From: a virus
Virus record (IMG/VR): IMGVR_UViG_3300027797_000021
Span: 1 to 64,000 of that record
Reading direction: 5' to 3' (one strand)
DNA length: 64,000 bases
Shown here: positions 52,341 through 61,300 of the stretch, piece by piece
How the letters are laid out: each line of letters begins with the position of its first letter
Position numbering within the stretch: the stretch's first letter is position 1
Translations under genes and position numbers: made by a program
Notes under the pieces: generated by a model
The model's input: only the letters and a program-made list of their open reading frames with translations
The model's database searches: none
Told to the model about the DNA's origin: nothing

Positions 52341-55300
52341 CTACGTTCCCGGATTCAATGTGACTTGTCTTGGAATTAGTGCAGATTCTTCTGCGCTAAT
52401 AACTGATTGGGACTCCACTTGAAGCTGCTTTGCATAAACTGTTGCAAGATTATTAACAACTAGTTCCCAGTTTAGAGTAACCGGATATCCATCTTCGTAA
52501 TATTCATCCCAGAATATAGTAGGCCAATCATTAGACTTTTCATAAGTTGTTTCTAATACCTTAAAGCAAACTAGATTATTGTAAAATCTATTAAAGTCTT
52601 CTTCCGTCAGTCCATAATTTGCCATTGATTGTGCAGAAAGATCCAATGGTGGATTATATTGAATATCCAAAGTAGCAATTTTTTTCATAATATTGGATCT
52701 TTTTATATAAAGGGGAGATTCCTCGTACACTGAAGCAAAAAACTTTTTACTAACATCATCATCTGTGCCTGTATCTGATACTGTAGGAACAATTATCTTC
52801 CCCTGATTTGCAACGAAACATCCCCTGACAAAATCTTTTGCTTGATTGATGACTGATTCTGGCTGATAGTACCAGACCGTCCCTAGTGCTCTTTTCCCTT
52901 CGGCGCCGTCGAAAGAGTCTTTTGTATAGTTTTCAAATCTATTCTCAGCAGCGCCGGGTTCAAACTGAGCTTCGAATATAACATCATTACTTGAGCTATT
53001 GCTAACTTTCATTCTTAATACAAATACTTTATTAGCTATTTTACTCTGCGTATAAATCTTAGCTCTACCGCCAGGGGTTGAGGTAGATGTTAGATTCGTT
53101 GTATCCCCAAATGGATCGTTAACATCTCCACCTGGTTCACTTGGGATTTCTCCCACTCTCATGGTATTGGTTTCGCCTGTGTTCATTCCATCAAATCTGA
53201 CAGTAAAAGTTGCTCCAGAAATAACGTCCTCGACATCAAATGTGTCGCCGTCTTTAAACTTAGTAACTGTTGCTATTACCTTAAATAGGGATGTTTGCAG
53301 GGCAGTTTTCTCTGGACCAAGTCCGCTAAGACTAAGTACTCGAGCGTGTGTTAGAGCATTTTCGTAATCAGTATATCTGACTAGATCTTTTATTTCAGTT
53401 TCTTGCCATCCAAGACTCTTTAGTAGGTCGTCGCTTCTAATAAAGGCATTGCCTTCAGGCGTTTTTACTTTTGTTCTTGCTCCTAATATTCCTGGCAGTA
53501 AAGCTTTTGTATGGTACCTACCTACTACCATACCTTGATTATATGATAATCCTGCGTCCATTGGTTGACCATTTTTATTTAGATACTGAACATAGCAGCC
53601 ATGCTGATCGAGTACGTTATCCCTCAGCCATGTCCAGCCCTTCCAGGCTAATTGCCCAACGATTGGAACTGCCCTTGCCAAAGATGCTCCCACGACTGCT
53701 ATAACAGTATCTGCCCCCGGCACTTTAGCTTGCCCGGCTCTTGCTATTTCGTCTCGTGCTCTATCCGGAAGGCTTAGCGCAGTTTGATTTGCCATAATAT
53801 CTTTCATCAAAGCTGAGGATCCGTGTGTATACTGAATTCCGCCAATCATCTGTGTACTCAAGGAGTCTGCTAGTGCATCTACGGAAATGTTTCCACCCAT
53901 GTTTATACCAGAGTTCGATGCCATAATATTATCCATGTAGAATCTAGTATCATTTCTTAGATTCTGCATACTGAGCCATGAGTGCAACCATGTTGACATA
54001 AACCATCTGGAGGGATCATTAACTGTAACTAAGGCATTGGGTGTGATGCTGGTAACGTATCCCATCTCTGAAGTGAAGTGATGAACTACTTGCTCTACCT
54101 CAAATATTCCATACATTCTACTATAGACATCAGATAGATACACTAAGTCGTGCGGTCTAATATCTGGATTTCCCACTAAAGTGAGTTCTCCACCATAAAT
54201 ATCCTTAATGGATTCCTTTAGATGGGATAGTGCCACTCTTCTCGCGGACAGTTCATCTGGAGTGCCTTGTAAAGTTTTTGCATATCCCCTAAATGTTTCC
54301 AGGGGGTGCATAAAGGGGTGAAGAACTCCAAGGAATCCAGAACCAACCATATTATCATAATATAATCCGGTCTCAACTGTAGTCTCTGTTTGACGCTCTG
54401 ATGGAGCCCCTTTATCTAATGCAACCGTTACTGGATTTTTTCCATCAGAAACCGCTGTAATAACAGTTGAAACGTTATTTAAATTTTCTTGAATTTGATT
54501 GGATATAATATGAGAAAAAGAACTTAAATAATGTATTCTTTGGAATGGCTGGCGAACCTCTACTACAGGCTCTCCATATTCTCTAGTGAATGGATTGTCA
54601 ACTGCCCTTAACAGCGTTCCTGGTCTTCCGAGTGAATAGTATATTGAATCATTTAATACTTTATTAAGAATATGAGCCTGCTTACTAAAGTTCCCAACCT
54701 CAGAAAGTGCATATCCCATCTGCATCATGCTCAACTTAAACATGCCCAAGAGTGAGCTCAGGCCATCTCCAATGGCTCCAAGTATTGGACCAATATTAGC
54801 GTTGTAGAAATCTGATACGTCTTCATCTATTCCACCAATAAACGTTGAAGAGTTACTTCCCTCTCCTTTTGTCGAAACTAAAAGCTTTAGGAATTTACTA
54901 TTGTCTTTAGCGTATTGGCTATATGGATTAATGAATGCTTCAAATACTTTATCGATTGGCTTAAAGGACCACTGTCCATCTTCGCCTCCTCCGCCAGATG
55001 TAATTGCACCACGTTTTCTGTCTGGCTTAAGCACTAGCCAAGCTCTACCATATCCAGAGCTCCAAAGCTTTTGCCTGAATAACCCAACCATCAATAGGAA
55101 TAGTTGCTTAGGTGTCTTAACTGCTTCTGATAAATTTATTGCAGTTTCTGGATTATCTTTATTCTCAATTGAAATTGAAAGCGCGTTATTAATTACCTGT
55201 GTTTCAAAGAAATTTGACCTGATACCATCTAATGATTTAGAGATAACACTATTGAAATACTGTATAATTCCAGCGTCGCCTTGAACTCCTTTACTCTGAT

Positions 55301-58300
55301 AGTCTATATAGTTATTTGTAATAAACTCCACAGCATCTTTTTTATCTTGAGGTGTAGATTTAGTGGAACCGTAATTGCTTCCATATTGAGTTTCTGAATT
55401 AAAGAAATCGGAACCCAATAGAATGGCTATTTCGTCTACTCCTGTACCTTCAGTAGCAGAAAGACCAGGAATGGTTACATTGGATTGTGAGAAATTTTGA
55501 AATGAGGTAACATTGTTTCCTCCTAGTATTCTTGAGAATTCTGGAGGAAATTGATCTGTTGAATCAGCGTCCATACCATATGTCTTAGTAAATATAGCCT
55601 TAACGCTATCATAAGTATGATATCCAAATCTGAACTGATCCCATATGTCACTTGCCTGATCAAGTGTTCTTCCGTTTCCAGCTATTACCGAAACATTAGG
55701 GTCATAATTCTCATCATAAAAAGATCTAGCTTCAACTGATGTGCTATCCATTGGCGAATAGACGGCGGCAAAGCCGACTCGCCCACTGCCAGAATCCTCA
55801 TCTCCTGTCGTATAAAGCTCAGCATCGAGGCGTTCATATAGCTTACCCTTATCTAGGGCATTGTAATCCTTGTCTATAATTGCCTGAAAGTATCCTGGAT
55901 TATCTCCGCTTTTAAGAATATTTCCACCATACTCATAATTCATAGTAGTGACTCTAGCGTTCTGCGCAGAATACTCTTCTAGTGAGCTATCCTTGTCGGC
56001 ATCAATCTTAAAGTAATCTCCTACGCTAGGTTGACCAAAGTCTCCAGGACCAAAAACTTTTGGTGAAGCAATAAACTTATTACTGTCGCCATTGTCATTT
56101 ATGGCGTATGCTCCAAAGCCAATAATATATGCAGTTGCGTCATTGGTGTCGTAAAATCTTTTTGCTGGGGCTGCTTCTGCTGCAACGACTCCCAATGGGG
56201 TACCATCTGGTACGAAAGCAAAGAGGCAATCAACATCTCGTGGGAAGGTGCTTAAACCGCTTGCTTTTTCCAATTGAGCGTATGTGCTATTTGCTATGGT
56301 CATATCTAAAGTATTCGAATCATAGCTTTGCAAATTGGCCCAAGCGGGTAAAGATTCTGAGAGTTCACCAATTAAATTAGCTCCTTCATTGAACTGAGAT
56401 ACAAATGTTCCTAAGTACCATGCAGCGTCGGGCGACACAACTGCTGCAACTTCGTCATCATTATCCTCTCCCCACATAAAGTACGCCGGGGCACAAACTA
56501 CTGCTCTTCCCGTTAACGGGCTGAATACAAGTACTCTTCTTTTTTTGTAATCGCTTGCTGTTCCATATAGATCTTCATTGGGGAAGTAGGTATCTTTAAA
56601 TTTACTCAGTGATGCGTCGGGGATAGGGCCATCGGACGTGGTGGGCAAGTAGGGCCATTTCATTGCTATGTAGAATTGTTCTTCCGTTGCAGTTGCTGGA
56701 CAGCCCCATTCTTCATATGTTATTTGTTGATTTAATTCATATTCAAAACTGAAATCATCCGAATTCTCTTCCTTTTGAGCAGTAGTGCTATTGATCATTG
56801 TAAAGCCCACTAAGGGATAGTTTTCTTTCTGTAAAGAAGAGACAGACGGCAGCGGCATTCTTGCGACAGTAGTTTGATCTAGGTTCAAAAACTCCACGCC
56901 AGAAGAACTAATAGAATCCATAAGACTCGTAAAGCCTAAGGGCCTATCTAGCTCCAATATGCCAGAACTAGGCCTTACAGTAATCTCTGTCTCTTGTAGA
57001 AAACGCGATTCTAGTTGAAGAAAATATATTAAGTTTACTGCCAGCGTAGCTCCACCCTCTGTGTAGCTGGACGAATTTATGGCTTCCTTATATCTCTCCA
57101 TCATATCTGCTTGATCTTGCTCAAGATCATCAAGATCATTAGTATCAACTTCGTTTCTTGCTGAAAGAAATTCAGCGAATTCAGAAAATAAACCACCATC
57201 TCTAACTTCGTAAGATTTGCTATCTAAAACGGTAGTTTCAGATATCGTATAGTACGGGTACTTAAATCTTACTGGAAGATTATCTAGTTGTCTATGATCA
57301 TAACTAGGAGTTAAGGGTGCATAAGTTGTGGGATTAGTGCTCACTGGTAAGTGAAAGCCCATTTTAACTTTACCAGAACTAATAGGGAGTTTAGAGATAA
57401 TGATTTCATTATCATCTTCATCTTTACTAGTTCTTATTTTTGCTAGATTTGAATTAAAATTTAATAACTTTCCTGTTAGACTTTTTGTTGGAGCATATTC
57501 TCCAGTGGAAGATGCTTGGTCTTTTGCTAGTCCAGCCATGACATCACTAAGCTCTTCAGATCTCTTAAATGCCTCATAGTCTGCTAATGAGTTAGATTGT
57601 TTATTGACATTGTTCATAATTGTCTGAATATCGTCATTAGGACTTCTATCTTTTGGATAGCCTGGAAGATTTAATTCATTAGCTTTCCTTACGCTTGGAA
57701 AGCCCGTAGTCACTGGAACTACACCGGAAGTATATAACCAATGCGGCTTTCCATAAAAAATAGTAGATCTATCCTCAAAAGGTCTAACTGCTACTATATA
57801 ATTTGGCAGTAGCCTTGCGCACATTTGGAAAAGATCCCATACGGTTCGCATGTATGTTTGTGCTCGGAATGACACTTCGTCAAATCCACTTAAGTCATCA
57901 TCAGCGTTGGGGGCAATTATTCCCATTGTCCTAAATACATTAGTGCCACCCCTACCTCTCAGTAGGCCCATGAGAGCTCCACCTCCAGCTATTCCTGCTA
58001 TAACATTAACTCCCGGTATAGCAGCAATGCCTGCTGTTAGTCCACCTAGTAGGACATTCTTGACAGCCCCTGCCCGTCCTTCTGCTGAAATGAGTTTATT
58101 ACCCTCAACATAGGAATCTATGGCAGCACTAGCAGAAACTGACTCATTTTGAGCTTCTACTATTAATCTGTTCCATGATCTATCTGTTCCATTTTCTAGA
58201 TATGCTTGTCCAGCTAAAGTTTTTCCATCACCCTCAACCAAAGACGCTGCAGTCAGCCATCCATCGTCTAGATCTCCACCTAAGAATTGTGCGAATCCGG

Positions 58301-61300
58301 TTCCATTTCCAGGATAAATATTTCTTTTATATAATTCAAGATCTACTTCTGAAGAAAAATTAGACATTAGTTGACCCATACTGGTCATCACTCCTCCATT
58401 GCCAAAAAATGCGTTCTCATTTCTTGAAAATACATTTGTTGATAACTTAAAAGTTGCGGCGTTAGCTGCTCCACCAATATCTCCCTGCCCAACGTTAGAG
58501 TAGGCATTGGTGACAACGTTTCTCAATCCATCGGCTCTTTGTCTTTCAACTTCGTTGAGTGGCTCATATAGTATTGTACCAAAATGTCTAATGCCAAATC
58601 TATTTTCAGAAAAAACCGTTCCCAGAGTTGCCCTAGCTATTGCTTCGCGAACCCTAGATGCTCCCATACTTAAGAGTCTAACCATTAAGTCTCTTGGCTC
58701 CGAAAGGTACATGCCAGTATCTACTCCGCCATCAATTTTTCCAGAGTCACCTTTTTTATTTGTTGAGTTAACAACAGCGCCAAGTTCAATTGCGTCAGAT
58801 TGGGCAGTGATAGTAACTATTTCCCCTTCTTCAACATTTGTTATAACTCCATTGAATAGCGTTTGCAGTGAGTTTGGATTCGAGCCATACCCACCTCTTA
58901 AGTGAAGTCTAACTCCTGGCTTTAATCTTATATTATTAATGTCAACAACATAATCATTTCTCATTCCGGAAATAATATTTTTAGCTATATTTAAAGTTCT
59001 ATCTAAGATGGCGCTGATTCCATCGACAGCACTTAGGGGATCCTTATTCAGGTCATCATTACCTGCGTTAAATATATCTGTAGACGGGCGCGTTGTTAAC
59101 TTGGAGTACATGTTTGAAACTCTCAATATTAATGTGTCTCCTAATAAATCTTCAGATGATACAACTGAAAAATCTATAACAGACTGAAGTCCATAGAAAT
59201 TATCGAATAATTTGACACCTGCAAACATTCCACCTTCATCTATAAGCCATAGCATGTAAGTGGGGAATGCTCTAATCATGCGCCCAGATATATCTCTATA
59301 TTGGACATCGTTAAGCATTTTTTCCATATGGTTATTGAACGAGCCATCGTAAGCTTTTTGATATGCGGATAACGGCTGAGCTCCACTAATTCCAGTTAAA
59401 GAATTGGTACAACCAATATCTGGAGTTTGCATATCTTTCGTATAATTACTTTCAAACTTTTTTGCGCCATCAGATTCAACTCTAACATTAGTTCCTTCTA
59501 TTGTAAGGTAAAATCTTCCGGTGTCTTTATTGATGTAGCCGAAATGCGTTCCTAGAGCACTATACATTATTGCTGGGATTTCATTAGCGTCTTGTTCTTC
59601 GGGATTAGTCAGTGGAAGTAAGTTAATAATTTTATGGAATTCAACCTCATCTGGATCAAAGCTAACAAATTCCTCTTCTGCTAAATGGGAACTGGCTAAT
59701 ACTTGTGCAATAATATTTTCCGTTTGCGAACCAGTAATGCCAACATTTCCTACGACAAATGGTGCTCCATTAAACTCTTCAAAAATTTGGCTTCCCTCTG
59801 ATGACTGTGACGCTAAAAATATATAATCAGTTAAAAGTGCAATCTTTGAATAATTGTTAATAGTATTATTGTCTGGTTCCGATGTAACTTGTTGAAACAA
59901 TGCAATAAAGTTATGAATGCTGATTCCGGACTCATTTACATAGTCTATCATTTCATTGATTAGATCTTGATTTGTTTGTCTTCTAGATTCAATCGCAGCA
60001 ACATTAGCAGCATCCGTGAATGAGTATCTTCTCATAAAGTCTTTAATGCTATTTTTTACAGATTCAATTTTTCGTTCGATAGCTTCAGCCCCTCTAGGGC
60101 CATCAGTATTTCTTGCCCAATGATCTGAACTATCAAAAGTAAAAGCTTTAGCTAAGTCTACTTGAGTAGTATTGTTATTGATAATGTCACGATCAAACAT
60201 TTCGAAACTTCTAAAATAGAAATCTGGATCTAGGTTGCCAACAATATCTCCATTCTTATCTTTTACACCCAATGGAAGGTCAGGATAAGCGTTGAATGAG
60301 CCCCACAATTGCTTCATTCTTAAGAAAGGATTTCTCTTCGTGCCAAAATGGTCAATTAAGTCTTTTTGCTGCTTTGAAGAAATTTTCTCTCTCTGCTGCT
60401 GGAATATATCAAAGTCAACTAGGCTCAGTTGGACTGAGTAGACATGTGGGTAATTCGGTATTGTATCGACCTTATAGTTAAGTGGCAATACATATTTAAT
60501 GCCAGATAACGCAGTTATAATATTTTTAATTCCTAAGAATCCTATAACCCCAGTAGAGTGTTCTAGTCTAGCTAGACCATTAACATGGTCAAATACTGAT
60601 CTAATTTTTAATAATTCTTTTTCACCAAAGACAGTCATGGACACATTAATGTAACTATCTTTTCCGCCAATGTATTGATAGCTAGGCTCATCTTGCATTT
60701 GGATTTGTAGCTTTGCTAAATTATTACCCATGGACACACTAACGCCGTTAACTATGGCACTTTTTGGATCTAGATCCACACGATTCATTGGAACTTCCCA
60801 CTCATTAAAGTGGTAATCCCCATCTTTCAGCCTAGTTGCCTCCATCATATTCTTAACAAAGCCATCCGTAAAGAATCTTTCGTACATATTTACTTGAAAT
60901 AATTCGGTTACCTGCTGTGTAACTTTTTCTCTATCTGGTTCTACCCCGGCACTTTTAGTCTGTCTAACAATTTCTTCGTCAATCAATATATCTAATACGG
61001 ATCCAGATTCGCCGGCCTTAAGGTCAAATAGATACTTTATCTGATTCAAGCTTTTATCTGATGTTAGCACTCCGTATAAGAAATAAGACTCTTCAGTGCT
61101 AGAGTATTGATAAAAATATCCGGCTACCTCAACTCTTTCATCTGGCCCCAAATAATCCAAGAGCCACTTCTGTTGTTCTTGGTCTAGCCTAGTTGCATTA
61201 GCAATAACAAAAGATTTTGCTAAATAAAGATAAACTTTTTTCTTGGTGTCAGTAGTGGAGATGCCTGCGGTCAGGCTGTCAACTGCCTGGCTTATAAACG

